DNA of 56,902 bases, the filler included, from Catajapyx aquilonaris (lineage: Eukaryota), in NCBI GenBank assembly GCA_000934665.2. It is 4 parts of 4 records of this genome, joined end to end, with 100 filler letters (N's around TTAATTAATTAA, not from the genome) between each part and the next. Parts side by side here need not be neighbours in the genome. Positions count along the whole stretch, not along the records: positions 1 to 14,141 come from JYFJ02007868.1; positions 14,242 to 28,382 come from JYFJ02007869.1; 2 more parts are not named here. One strand, given 5' to 3'. The translations under genes and the position numbers were made by a program. Numbering within the stretch: position 1 is the first letter of the stretch; each line of letters opens with the position of its first letter. Shown here piece after piece: positions 12,543 through 26,432 of the stretch. The notes under the pieces are model-generated. The model was given only the letters and a program-made list of their open reading frames with translations, was not told the DNA's origin and made no database searches.

Positions 12543-12830
12543 AATATAATAATTCATACCCCGTTATTAGCCGGCGGCTCTGTAGGGGGGAATTTTTGTT
12601 TTGTCTGGAACTCTTTGCTTTCATTTTTACTTATTATTGCTTTTTTGGGAGAGGAAAGGAAGGGGGCGGCTGTGGCCTGTTTACTAGGAAACAACACCTG
12701 AATTCTCCTGGAGAAACCGTGGGAAACCACAGAAAACCACGGTTAGAGTTGCCGGCACCGGGATTCGAACCCAGGACCTCCCGATTAGCAGTCGGACGCC
12801 TTATCCACTATGCCAACCTGCTTCGGTTCC
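12543..12830 (-). mobile_element. tRNA-derived SINE family B, copy 1
   Basis: Head has TGGCATAGTGG, GACTGCTAATC and GGTTCGAATCC; core GGTTTTCTGTGGTTTCCC...AGGCCACAGCCGC resembles Lm1-like insect SINE cores. Duplication CTTTCCCCTAT at 12532-12542 / 12831-12841; second copy at 30986. Confidence 0.85.
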
Positions 12831-12954
12831 CTTTCCCCTATCCTTAACTGCCTTGAAAGAAATTCCAGCATTAAACTGAGGCAATTGACCGCTATTTTAC
12901 CCACTTTGCTTTCAAAATATTGGTTTGAATTTAGTAAATTTAGTAGAATTTAGT

Positions 12955-13150
12955 AAATAGAAGAGGTGAATTATTATCAACCAATATATTGCCTCAATTC
13001 GCTCTTTTGTCGTCAGATTCTCCACGAGTATGACACCACCTGTGTCATGTGCAATTCACAGGTGGTGTCATATTCGTGGAGCAGCTGACGACAAAAGAGC
13101 GAATTGAGGCGATGTATTGGTTGATAATAATATATTCACCACTTCTATTT
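12955..13150. mobile_element. Palindromic MITE
   Basis: TTATCAACCAATATATTGCCTCAATTCGCTCTTTTGTCGTCAG... mirrors ...CTGACGACAAAAGAGCGAATTGAGGCGATGTATTGGTTGATAA. Confidence 0.75.
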
Positions 13151-13199
13151 GCCCTTTTGCCCCCAGTGGCTTGTAGCACCACCATTATCATACCATTAA

Positions 13200-13966
13200 C
13201 CCCTTCGCTACCAGCTAGGCCGAAAACGCCTAGATTTTCACTTACGCCTACTCTGAAGATACAGACAAGGGGTGGAATTTTCGTCCCACTGCTAGTTACT
13301 GCTAACTTAGCAGTACCATTGCCAACACTATGAATGTGTTGCGAACAATTTTAATCCTCTAGAAGTCCTTAAATTAATTCCAAAAAGACTGCCTTAAAAA
13401 CTCGAAATTATAGTACTACCAGCCAACTATTCGGCTGATTAAATAATGAAAATATGATAAAATATACATAACAACAACCTTGAGAACCGTGCCAGACGAA
13501 TTTGCTGAAATCGTCGTACTTTGCGAGAAATAAATTAATACATATATGCGGCTTGCTGGCACTTAGGAAAACTTTACGTCTTTAAGTCTTTAAGTCAATT
13601 TGGGAGTTTCCAAAGTGCCAGAAAGCCGTAAATAAGTATTAATTTCTTTATCGCAAAGTACGCCGAGTTCAGCAAATTCATCGGGCACGGTTCTTAAGGT
13701 TGGTTGTTATGTATACTTTAGCATACTTCATCATTAAGTCAGCCTAACAATTGGTTGGTAGTACTCTAATTTCAAGTTTTTAAGATGGTATTTTTGAAAA
13801 TTAAATTAGGGATGTCTAGAGGAGTAAAATTGTTCGTTACAATTCATGGTGTTTTCCATGAATGGGTAAATATAGCTGATGTTATTTGTAAAATATCTTG
13901 TCCATATCTTCAGAGTAGGCATAAGTGAAAATCTACGCGTTTTTGGCCTAGCTGGTGGCGAAGGGG
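13200..13966. mobile_element. piggyBac-like non-autonomous foldback element
   Basis: TTAA|CCCCTTCGCTACCAGCTAGGCC ... GGCCTAGCTGGTGGCGAAGGGG|TTAA; the internal halves are also inverted copies of each other. Confidence 0.85.
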
Positions 13967-14141
13967 TTAATGTCCAGCACTGTACCACACTGCCAACCAT
14001 ATGCCACTCACACCTATTAAAGCACACTGTAATGTACAGTCGCCGACATATTGATTGAATCACTTGCGAGCCGATTTCTAACGTTATCCTGGATATTCAG
14101 AGCAATACCGCACAACATCTTGCGAAATCCAGTCAGGCGAC

Positions 14142-14241
14142 NNNNNNNNNNNNNNNNNNNNNNNNNNNNNNNNNNNNNNNNNNNNTTAATTAATTAANNN
14201 NNNNNNNNNNNNNNNNNNNNNNNNNNNNNNNNNNNNNNNNN
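14142..14241. other. Artificial contig linker (N44-TTAATTAATTAA-N44)
   Basis: Exactly 100 nt with stop codons in all six frames; identical to the two other linkers. Confidence 0.97.
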
Positions 14242-15403
14242 TTTTTTCAACATGTTAGTAAATTTATGTCCTTGTGTACGATGTAGAGTGTCCCCCCATA
14301 GGAGCCCTGCTCCAGGCCGGGGTAATCAAATAAATAAAATAAATAAATAAATAAATAATAAGTACAATCCGTTCACTCCAGAGCAGCAGGGTAACATTTC
14401 CCTAACAATATGGCGAGGTGTAAATAGGAATTGACATTGCTAGGCGATGGAATCACGAACAAATGAAGTATTTGACGTAAAAAAAATCATAACTTCAATC
14501 CTGCAGCAGGTGGAAGTGCGAGGTTTTGAACATGGATCCGCACCATCCTACTGCGCATTCGGCCCTTTGATGAAGAAACCAAATTCCGAATAGTTATTGA
14601 GCAAATAAATAGAAACGTCTTTTTCATTTTTTTGCGGCGTTTTGAAGAGGAATTGAGTTTAGCTGTAAATGGTAGGAATGCACTTCGCAACGGTGGGCAT
14701 CTGTGTTCAAAATTTGGAAGCTCTACCTACAGCAGAACTTGAGTTAGGGCGAATAAAAAAAGCGTAACAAGAAGAAGAAGATGTTGAAGAAATTCATTGT
14801 TGAAATCTATGCTACGGTCTTACTAAGGGGCTATCGCCCCTTAAATTTGTGACATATGGGGTTTTTCCAGAATTATCACAAAAAGTACCTTATTTTCATG
14901 GAAATATGTAGGCCTACATATATCACCTCTTATGCATAGATTCATTGATCACACCAATTTCCTGATCATTTGAGAGGAAAATAAGTCCTCTTATCGGATA
15001 CACATGGGTTATTGCAGTGCACCGTCGTGTAGATTGTAGAGGAACCGGACAACTGATAAAATTTTCAGCTTTAGCAAGATGCAGTTCCTTTTTCCTGCAT
15101 GAGCTTGGAATTTTCAGTTTCTTCGACACATTCTTCAATCCTGTATAAAAAATAGTCGAATGTGTCTCGTGGAGGTGTGCCAAACTTTAAAGTGTAATTG
15201 TGCATGAAAATATTCCTGTTAACATGCTAAATCAAATGAAGTTCTGGAAAATGTCATGGGCCAATTTTTCGTGATTTTCATGCAGAAATGATCTGTTATT
15301 TTAGACATGGATACCTTGACCGATTTTGGGACATCTTTATCTATATTTTAGTTTGTTTGTGAGTTTGTTTGTCCCTTATAGAAATCCAGGGGAAGGCCCC
15401 TAC

Positions 15404-15667
15404 TGTTATGATCCCTGTCGAACGTAGGACAGGGAAATGGAGAGCGAAAGAAAAGTACTAGCCGTTCTTAATTACAGCTAGTCAAAGAGTGTTTATTGAT
15501 ATACAATCACTATGCAACGGAACTATGCAACACCTCCCCCAGTAGAAACAAACTTATGGTAGTACATAGTCTTTCAAAGCTGTGGGAAGCTGCCGGACCC
15601 TCTGCGGTCCTCTGCGGTTCCTGATTGGCGGATGGAATTTCCTCTTCTATTCAGCAGTGGTCTAGGG
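15404..15667 (-). mobile_element. LTR-like fragment inserted in the Helitron
   Basis: Absent from sister Helitron copies, which read CCCCTACACCGCC here. Begins TGTTATG (CATAACA end on minus) and has a minus-strand AATAAA near 15493-15498. The other end is not clean. Confidence 0.5.
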
Positions 15668-15834
15668 TACACCGCCTTAAATTAGCATATCGGTGGTTAC
15701 TTTTTCCAAGGAATCTAACGCCGCATGTTTCAGCTTCCGAAAATGTACCTAACTCCCACAACACGCATATTCCTGCCTCAACAATTAACTTACATCAATA
15801 ACAATAAATCAATTTGCATTCCCATGGAAATGCC

Positions 15835-16155
15835 TCTCTTTTTTTTTAGCTATTTACCTCCCTACATCGTACCGCAGGGAGGGAACCTTTATTTCGTCTT
15901 GATGGAACCTTTTTGATGTAGTGCCCGGGCCCACGGGCAGGGTGACTGGGAGGGGATGTGCAAGGTGCAAGTGCAAAACGGTACATTTTGTGAACTCCCC
16001 GGGGTGGATTAGTCTGAGAAGATTCCACCCGAAACGAAGCCAGAGACGACCCAACTCTGCACGAGATGAAGGGGGGAACCCCGGGCTGGGATCGAACCTG
16101 GGACCTTAACATCCGTGGGCGCATACTTTTCCGCAGCGCCACTTCGTCTCCCCTA
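15835..16155 (-). mobile_element. tRNA-derived SINE family A, copy 2 (A-rich tail variant)
   Basis: Same head and core as 5021-5357; duplication GGAAATGCC at 15826-15834 / 16156-16164, which is single-copy in sister Helitrons. Confidence 0.85.
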
Positions 16156-17155
16156 GGAAATGCCCTTATGCAACAATACCTAGCAAATTAAACCATCGCT
16201 GTAAATTCAACACATCCACCAATTACGCTAATTGGCCACCTCATGTGAGTTCATATCTTATGGTCATTCCGGGATTTTGTGGGATTTGAATGTCGACTTC
16301 CAGACAAAATCAAATACAATAGAATAATACAGTATTTACAAATATTACTCCGTATTGAAAACAAAATTTCCCACCATGCATCTGTACAGTACCTACAGTA
16401 CATTTCTAAAGTTCTTTGGACCAAACATATGGAACGAGGTGGGGGTGTGAAGTGGGGTTGGGGGGTCAAGGGGTCAAAAGTGCAGGGGAAAAAACGAGTG
16501 TATGGAAGGGAAATTTTTACAAACAAACACACTTCCTAAAATACTGTATATGTACCCCTACCTTTACCAGCACCCCCAACATACCCGGGCAACTCCGGGT
16601 AACCTGCTAGTGACATTATATAGCAACTTTCCAAGTTGCATAAGGCACATTTTACGACCTCGTTTTCATCACCACACCACCACATATGTCAGGTGGGCCA
16701 ATACTTTTGCTGCAGAGTTGTAGTCATACTGTACATATATTGGTGCTATGATTATCTGGCTGTGTCATTTCCTAAGACATAACGAATAACCAAATGTTAT
16801 TAATTTTTAAGGAGCATAATAAAATGTTGCCAAAGAGGCTGATAATTATTATTCATAAACCAAATAATTTAACAACCTTTTAAATACAATAAATTATCAA
16901 AAACATGTGATACCCTATTATACAAACTCCACTAAGATTGGCTCCCACCAGAGAGGTTTTTGGAGGATTGGCTACCCTGTTATAACAGGCCTTCATCATG
17001 TAGTGGGCCTCCCTCTATGCTCCATTATAGATAATACACTGCGTACTAACCACTCTTCCCTCCTCCGCTTCTATCTTTTTCAACTATTATTTGTATCCAG
17101 AGCGGTTCCCCCTAAAAGGCCCCTGCCTTAAAACACGGTTACGTAAATAAATAAA

Positions 17156-18069
17156 TCTATATCTATATTTTAGTTTGTTTGTCCCTTATAGAAATCCAGG
17201 GGAAGCCCCCTACACCGCCTTAAATTAGCGTATCGGGGGTTACATTTTCCAAGGAATCTAACGCCGCATGTTTCAGCTTCCGAAAATGAACCTAACTCCC
17301 ACAACACGCATATTCCCGAATCTTCTCACTTGCTTGGTCCTCAACAATTAACATAATTATATCAACTTCTCTAACAACAATAACAATTTATCTTTTCCCA
17401 AGTTCGCAATCCCATGGAAATGCCCTTATGCAACAATACTTATCAAATTAATGCATTTGCATTACATCTATATAATTATCTTGCGGCTCTTTTTTTTTTA
17501 AAGTCTCATCGCAGTAAATTATTCAACGCCTCCGCCAATTACGCTAATTGGCCACCTCACGTGAGTTCACATGGTATGGTCCTTCTGAGATTTTGTAGAT
17601 TTGAAATTAGACTTCCTGACACAAATAAATACAAAAAAAGGAATTTTAAAAAAATTACTCAGTGTTGAAAACAAAATTTCCCACCAGGCATCTGTATGTA
17701 CATTTCTCAAGTTCTTCAGGGCAAACAGTTGGAACGAGGTGGGGGTGTGAGGTGGGGTTGAGGGGTCAAGGGGTCAAATATTCTGGAAAAAAAAACATGG
17801 CTGTGCAGTCTTTTCCTGGGCCAACTCCATCCTCATTCCTCTTTTTACACATCCAATCAGAATATCTGTGTCAACCATACGCTATAAGACAAGCAGGTAA
17901 TCTATCACAGAGAGTGACAAACTTTGGCTTATTGTAACTTGGCCTATTTTAAGGTGTATAGAGTTCAGTGTATGGAATGCAAATTTTACAAACACACTTC
18001 CAAAAATATATGTACCCGTACCTTTAACAGCATCCCAACATACCCGGGCAACGGCGGGTGACCTGCTAG
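17156..18069 (+). mobile_element. Non-autonomous Helitron
   Basis: A|TCTATA...CCCGGGCAACGGCGGGTGACCTGCTAG|T, inserted within an (AAAT)n run with no target-site duplication. Confidence 0.88.
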
Positions 18070-18873
18070 TAATAAATAAATAAATAATACCCTGCATTCC
18101 AATTGATGTTTTTTGCTAGTGACTTTTGTGGTACTAATGGCACTGATTATTATTTTATGCAATTACCTTTGAATATAGTGCTTTCTGTTTAGGGCTATCA
18201 AATCTTAACAGTGGGACTGCTAGAAAATACTGACAGTGAGAGGAAGTGCTGACCTTACAAAAGGAGCTCACCAGCGTAGAATTGAGTCTTGTCAGGATTA
18301 AGGTAAGGACGAGAGGCTCTGGCTGGAGAGAAGGGAGGAAGAAGGAGTCCACTGCAAGGTTGGAACTGTCTGCTTATGGTGTAACAAATATGATTTGGTT
18401 TCTAGCATGCTATATGGTGTATGACAGACGCCATCTAAAATGGGAAATGCATAATTAAATGTTCTCTCTGCCTCTCCATTTGAACTAGGGCCCAAATACA
18501 GCCTGAAATAAATGGTATGGTTCAAGAAATACTGCCATGTTAAAATCATTTAAGCCACATGTGCACTAGTAGATTTTACAAGTCTAGCAGACGAGCCATA
18601 CCGTCATGACTTGTCATTTTGATAATGACATTGTTTGGATGGTGAGTGAACACTTTTTTTTTCTTCTTGCACTTTGGAGTTGTACTGTACCCTTGTTCTG
18701 TTGGACAGGCAATGACAACTTCAACATGATCAGAATGCATGGACAACATAATATATTATGCCAATCCTATTTGTTCTGTACCAGTCATGTCAAGGACATG
18801 CTTCTCAACATAACCCTGACCTGCCTGGTCCATGCAAATCTAAATATTCATTATTCAGTGCATTTGCCTGTAA

Positions 18874-18904
<31 letters not shown>

Positions 18905-19437
18905 GGCAGCTGTAAAATTGATTACAGTGTGCCATCTATGCATCACAATGTTTTAGATCAGCAAGTGACATAAGATGAATCCTGCACCACGAGTTGACAC
19001 ATTAAAGATCCTGTCGATACTGAAGTAGCATGGGCCGTTACTAATCCTAGGCCAGCATGGTGATGTACTGGCTAGCGCCACACCCTACCACCTCTGAGGT
19101 CCTAAGTTCAATCCTTGAAGTTGGCAGAGCATTTTTTTTTTTTACTGGGGCAGAAAAAAGCAGGTAAGACCACAATCATGCCATCCGACCAATGCATCAG
19201 TTATGATACATATAACGATACACGGTACGTGTATCGTTATATGTATCATAACACCCGCCGAAACGCGCCGAAAGCATAATCGATACTATAGCGAACCAAA
19301 CTGATATCTGTAGTCGTTTCGATTACGGATTTCTTTGGAGCTGTGGAGCTGTTGACGGACTGACAGTGTGCGCGAGTTGACCTTATTTCTGCGCATTTTC
19401 TGGTCCCGGGACAAGCCTGTACAGCTCGCTGTACAGT

Positions 19438-22400
19438 ATGGAGGAAGTGGAACCTGCTCCGGACACCCAGGATGAGGAGAGCTTATCTGGCACAAAATCG
19501 GTATGTGTTGACACTGTGTGGATGTGTCCACCTTCCAGTGTACCGGTAGTGTGGCGGCGTCGTGGACTGCTCACGAATTACTTTGTTAAATATTGGTTCA
19601 ATACATACCAGCATAGAATGAGTTTTATGAATGAATTATTATTCTAGGCTTGCGAGGAAAAGCCAACAGGTGACCCGCAACATGCAAGTACAAGCAAACC
19701 TGAATTCAAGGCCCCATCAGCTCCCATAATTGGCCCGGCTAAAGCATCAGCATCGCTTCCGACCAAGCCTGACAAAGAGAATGATGCCAAGAGTACACCA
19801 GAGATTCCGTATGAGGTTCCATCTTGGGGAGACTCCCCACCAGACCAACCATATGGGTTGGAGATTCTGAAGAATGGTACCATTGTGGGCAATGTTGATT
19901 TGGCACACAAGTCACATTTTATGGTTGGACGCCTGCCCTCTTGTGATGTGGTGGCTGAACATCCGTCTACTTCACGCTACCATGCAGTGATACAGTTCCG
20001 GAATGTTGCAGAGAGCTCAGAGAAAGAAGGTATCATTGGCGTTGTGATTATGTGTTACCAACCTTACGTGTGCCAGTGTCCTTATTTTTACTAGAGAGAA
20101 TCCTAGCAGTAAGGCAGGGAATCGGAAAACATATAGTTTGTCTCAGGCACTAAGATTTTTGTGCAAATGGTGCATAGTATTGTGACTAAAAAAGTGAAGG
20201 GTATAATTTTAAAAGTGTGACAAGGAATTGAGACATGGTAGTCAAATTATTGCAAATTTTACCATTTCAAATTGCCACTGGAAGCAATATGGTGTATTAA
20301 TTTATTGGCTGGTGTAGCTGTGGTGTGTTGCACGCATGGACGAGGGGTGGGGAGTTGTCCTTTGCGAATGTGCACATGGCATCCATAAGTATAGCCATAG
20401 TTTGAAGAATTTTGTAATGGGCATGAGATGTGAAAGACAAGCAGAGATCAGTATCATTTGCTCTGGCATTACATCCTTACCATACACCTCACCAGCCCCT
20501 TATGAATGATGGTATCAAACCAGCCACATTCATATTGGACAACTGCCAGCACTTCATCTTTCATCCACATTTTCAACAAATGCATGTCTCCTGGAGGAAT
20601 GAGATTATGCAATCTCTAGTCAGCACTAGCTTGTTTCTGCTAATTCTGTGCATGCATGAAACATGGTTGATCAAGGCCAACCATCCAATATCGCAATAGA
20701 AGGATGTCTCTACCAGGTTGTAAATTTTTAAACCCCAATCTATCAATACGATCAATCCATCAGTCTATTGGCTTTGAAAATATGGTACACAGATCTTATT
20801 TCAAATTGCCCCTCTAGGTTGATTGTGACTCTTTTGCAATCCTAGTTTCCACTTTTCTCATTTATACTTCTACAGGGATTGAATGTTAAAATTTTTGTCC
20901 ATATGCAAAGTTTGCACTCCAGACTTTCATCTGGAGTGCAAATCGCTTACTTTGACTACTTAATTTTTAATTACTGGGTACAGCCATGTCTAAATGCAGA
21001 GCCAATTGGAGTGCAAACTTTGCATGCCAAGGCTCAGTTTGTAGTGCAAATTGCACCTTTGCATCCAAATATTTTGACCCCTGCTTTTATGCATAATTTT
21101 CATCAAAAATACAGTTCATTCATTCATTCATTACACTCACTGCATATTCCCAAGATGGGGTTACCAGCGGTGACCAGGAACAATCCACCTGGCCATCTCG
21201 ATGTTCGAGGTGTACGAAATGGCCAGGTGGATTGTTCCTGGTCATCGCTGGTAACCCCATGTTGGGAATATGCCATGAGTGTAATGAATGAATTAAAAAT
21301 ACTAGTTGAATCAGGATATAACAGCCTCAGCTATAACAGACTTTCGGTTATAACCTACTTGAAAGGTCAGTCCCGGAAAACTTCCATAAAGCCCTGTGTT
21401 TTTACTCTTGATATAACAGACTCATTTCACCTCACATCAGGTACAACAGACCATTTTTTGACCCCTCAGTGGAAAATATGCTGTTTTTGATAACTCAAAT
21501 TCCTTTCCCAAGCGAGGAAAGCACTGAATACTGGAGCGGGGGTGATTTTCCCACCTGTCACTGATCTAACACTTGCCGAAAACGTCAAAATCATACCTTT
21601 TCTGGTATATTTGGTAAGAAAGAGACGGCAGAAAAAAATGACGGATTTTTTTTTGGTCCTGCTTAATTTACGGAATATCTTATTTTGAATTTTTGGATCA
21701 CTTCATCAATCAGTATGCTGTAGTCTGTATTACAGTTATATGGAAAGTAGAAAACTTTGTGTACTCATTGAAAAAGTGGCGATTTGCCTAGAACAGACCT
21801 CGGTTAAAACAGACTGATATCCTCGGTCCCTTGAAGTCTGTTATATCTGGATTCAACTGTATTACTGCCTGAAGCGTAGTATGTGCACTACAAATTCCTA
21901 ATCTTACTTGGTAAGATCCTTTAATTAGGATTTTAAATTGAAGAGGGGTACAGCTCAAATTATGTCCAAGTTGCTTGAGAAACCATTAAAAATATCTTAT
22001 CCCAGCAGTTACATGAATATTTGTCAAAACCAAAAAAGCAAGAGGTCAAAGTTGGCTGCGAAATATATGCTTTTTGTGTGGAAGGAATTGAGCAACAACC
22101 AGCACCACCACTTATGGAACTGACAATGAGAATATTATTTTCCTCATTCCTAATTTTTGACAGCCTTTTTAAACATGTGTAAGTATTATATCTATTTTTT
22201 CCAGGTCAATGAATGTAGTTATCTTAGCACTTCAATTATTTTGTTGCTGGCATTGACTCTCATCCTGTGTTTTTGATGAACTGCATAAATTGGCTATATA
22301 ACAGGTCCAAGTTACAAAAGTGAACCGCTGTTGGGAGGGGCTGAAATATGACTCATCTACGTACTTACGATGTACCAAGAGTCACATTCAATTCAAACAT

Positions 22401-25400
22401 GTCCATTCAGTTTGGGCAAGTTGCAAGGACCTAGGAGGAACAAGAAGGTGCCTATATTATGGCATGCGAAGGTGTGTTTGTTCAGTTTGTGGATGCTGGG
22501 AGTCATGTGACTCCTCTCTCTTGTAAAAATTTACATGGGAGCTGGCATCACTAGTTACTTTCCGGATGAAAGTGGTAATCATCTGACCACTTCTCATGTG
22601 GCAGAATTTCTTATTAGAAGATGGCCAACTTTGACCTCTCCCCCTGTTTTTTACCTTTCACTTTTGAGGCAAACAGATGCCACTATCAGACTCAAGATTT
22701 TTTGCACAACTTTGTGATTCCATCTTTAAAATACAATGAAGTGCCCCCTTGAACGAGCATTGAGCTTTTTGTATTAATACATGCTATATTTTTTTGTCAG
22801 ATGTGAAGCAACGTGGTTTCTACCTGTACGACTTGGATTCCACTCATGGAACATTTGTAAATAAGAACCGATTGATCCCACATCAATATTACCGGGTACA
22901 TGTAGGCCATGTCTTGAAGTTTGGCCTTAGTACCCGCTTTTACGTGCTACAGGGACCACCAGAAGATGAGGAGGAAGAGTCTGACCTCAGCATTACTCAG
23001 TTAAAACAACAGAAGGAAAAGGCAAAGGCAGATGCTGAGGCAAGGGAGAAAGAAGAGGAAAGATTGAAGGAGGAAATACGGAAGGCAGAGGAGGAGAAAG
23101 GAATTGATTGGGGGATGGGGGATGATGCAGATGAGAGTACAGACCTACGAGAGAATCCTTATGCACCACAGAGTTCATCAGGAATGGGAGCATCCACAGA
23201 GGAACTGAGTCTGGATGATCCAAAAAAGACCTTACGGGGTTGGTTTGAGAGAGAGGGATATGATCTTCGATATGACGTGGAAGAACGTGGATATGGGCAG
23301 TTTTTGTGCCGAATAGAGTATGTAATACTTCTAATTTTAACATTGCATGAAAATCTTCGTATAAAAAGGGCTCTTTGGTGGGTTTTCACCTAGGGGTTTG
23401 GCGCACGAAATATTTATATATTTGGCTAATACCCAGAAACTTCAGTCCAGATTTTGCATAAATCTCAAGAAAACATTTCAGGTTTCATTTTAAGTGCAAT
23501 TCAAAATTTTTTTTTTAAAAAAAAGGTCCAGAATTGAGACAAATTCAATTCAAATTTTGGGCACCATCTTTAATTCGAAATTTTGATATTTTTACAAACG
23601 TGATTCCCACCATCTGAAAGGGTGTTAAATAACTTCCCAACCCATTAATCACATTTCAGATATGTTACAATCTTCCAAAGTTATGGCCCTCCAACTGATG
23701 GTGGACAGAGGCAAAAATTGCAAAAATTCACATGTGTCGCACCCTGTAGTTATGCAACCACGCGTCATAGGGACAACCAAAATGAGGCACTTGCATAGAT
23801 ACATGGGTTCTACAACATACTCGGTTTTGGTCGAAATTGGAAATTATTTGTGTGTGTNTCAGGGAAACTGCCATCAAAGCGCGGGCTTCGGCATTGCTGG
23901 CTTCTTGCCGTACCTCCATGTCCTTCAATAGCGACTGAATGTCCTTCAGTGTCGCCCCCATTGCACTCACGTTAAAACGGACGGGTTAACGGTCAAGACG
24001 AGAGTGAAAGGGTGGTTGAGCACGGAAGGCACGTCCACACACAACGGGAGCAGGGAGTGGAGTGAGAGTGGTTAGTAGTCAGTATGCATGTGGGCAGGAG
24101 AGCATTTTATGCAAGTCTCCCAGGGCTATGGATTCATCCAAACCTGCACAACTCGCCTTTTTCCTCATAAAGGAAGGAACTTCACCAGTGGACATTGTAC
24201 ATTGGATGCAGAAGGTCCATGGGAATGTCTGTTTCAGCTACAAGACTCTCTCTTGTTTACTGACATTTACCCTGAACGCTCATTTTCAAGTGCTTGGGTA
24301 GGGGGCAGAAGTGGAATGCATGCATCCTTGAATGATGAGTGTGTATGCCAGAGCAAGAAAAAAAAGACATTGTATTCTCTTAGCCTAGAATGGGACATGT
24401 CAAATAAAGATAAATAAAATAAATAGCCATTGTATTCTCAAAAAAGAGCACATACATGCAGGTGTTAGAAGGCCGAGATGGGCTCTTTTGTATTTTCTTT
24501 CTCCTTCACCTGCTGCAAGATCATGGCCAGTTGGGTATGGTGGTACGATATGGTGGTACGGTATGGTGATCATGGCCAGTTGGGTATGGTGGTACAAGGT
24601 TTGAGTACTGCTCACTCTGAATTGGTTCAAAATGATCGCCCCATCCTCTGGATGTGATTGTACTATCACTTTTGCCCTCTACTTGACTCTTCAAAATGTA
24701 TGTTTATATTGTAACTGTGTAAGGATAGTAGAAGTCATAACTTATATATTTGTTGTTTGTTATCCTAGGCTGCCAATGGATAGCCCCACAGGTAGACCCC
24801 TAGTGGCAGAGGCTATGGTTAAAGGGAAGAAGAAAGAGGCAGTGGTTCAGTGTGCCCTGGAGGCCTGCAAAATATTGGACCAACATGGTTTGCTCCGACA
24901 GAAAATGCATGGTAAGTATGACGAATAAGTGTTAGGGCCTAAGGTATAGTGTGGTTCACAATTGAGGTTTCACCAGTATATTATGTACAAATATAAAAGT
25001 GTCCAAAAATTATTGCCTTTGTTGCATTTCCCACTGATTTTGAAGGAGAAGGTGGCTAATACCTTACTATCACATGGAACAGCAAAACTTTAAAAAGTTT
25101 AAAGAAAAACTGCAGCAGTGCAAATCTGGATTTGGAAATTGCAATTTGTAATAATTTTTTAGAATATAAAATGACCATAGGAAGAATATGTAATGGGCAG
25201 GAATTTTGCTTCAATATTTTATCTCGAGGGAAGGTGGTGCTCTATTTTTAGAGTCAAATAATGTTCACTTATGCAATAAAATTTACAATTGATCATAACA
25301 ATGCTCATATCACACAGAGCAACCCAGTGCACAGTGGGGCCAAATTGAAAAAAAAAGCTGGTCAAAACTCAAAAGGATAACATTTTCTTGACAAAATTTA

Positions 25401-26351
25401 TGATACAGGGGTTTTCATGGTCGAGAAAACACAGACTTGTGCGTTTGATCACCTAAACACAAACGTGCACGCCAGCTGTGAGACCGGCCACCCAACGAAG
25501 ACTCATTTCCCATGTTTGTTGTTTTATATCCGAGGCATTACGTCCGTCATCACTTATTAATAGCACACGCTGACACTGGTGGAATGTCAAGTGTGAAACT
25601 GAACACAATTTGTATGCCCTGCATCACTTTAAAAATTTGGAGTTTTGACCGGATTTTTTTCTATTCTGCCTATGTGCAGTGGTTTGGAGGTTAACATCAC
25701 ACCTTCCATCTTTGAAATCCTCCATTCAGTCCTTGGGCGAAGGGAATTTCTTCTGTGGATTTGTAGGAGTTATGATGGGTTCTCTCCAAGTTCACCTGAA
25801 TTTTCTTGGGAGTTCTTCCATTTCTTGCTGCAATAAAAATACATCATCAGTGCAGTAAATGATTAGAGTAGCCCACTTGTAAGGGTCACTGGCCCACTGG
25901 GGAATTGAATAAATCAAATCAAATAAATGATTTAATATGTCTTGTCAATGAAAGCATATCATCTGAAAGTTCCCTGTAGGCTTGTCATGGGGTGTCCAAT
26001 TATTATTGTTGTAGGGGGAGACGGAGTGGTGCTGCGGTAACGTATGCACCCATGGATGTTAAGGTCCCGGGTTTGATCCCAACCCGGGGACACCCCCTTC
26101 ATCTCGTGTAGAGTTCAGGGTCACCTCTGGCTTCGTCTCGGGTGGTATTTCCACAGACTAAACCACCCGGGGGAGTTCACTAAAAATGGCCACGTTTAAG
26201 ACATTGCACTGCACCTTGCACATCCCCTCCTGTCATCCTGCCCGTGGGCCCGGGCGATTCGCTCAAGGTTCCAGCATTGTACTGCATTGTACTTCAAGTA
26301 TAATAAAGGTCCATGCCGCATACCCTATATAGGGTCAGGCACTACCCAAGG

Positions 26352-26432
<81 letters not shown>

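Larger units (their letters stand above)
15340..16610 (+). mobile_element. Non-autonomous Helitron with nested LTR-like fragment and SINE
   Basis: A|TCTATA 5' end, 3' hairpin CCCGGGCAACTCCGGG then CTAG|T; collinear with the copy at 17156-18069. Confidence 0.85.

Noticed and set aside
14186..14197. TTAATTAATTAA as a biological motif such as a piggyBac target
   Set aside because: It is centred in N runs and identical three times, so it is an assembly spacer.
20879..21490. 203-aa ORF inside the kanadaptin intron
   Set aside because: It starts at TTG, runs across several unrelated MITEs and shows no recognisable domain.
23860..24070. Possible retroelement ORF1 start on the minus strand ([22 protein letters not shown])
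   Set aside because: Too short and lacking diagnostic motifs to call.
25330..25900. Transib-like element (CACAGTGG start)
   Set aside because: The left end is plausible but no convincing right terminus or 5-bp duplication was found.
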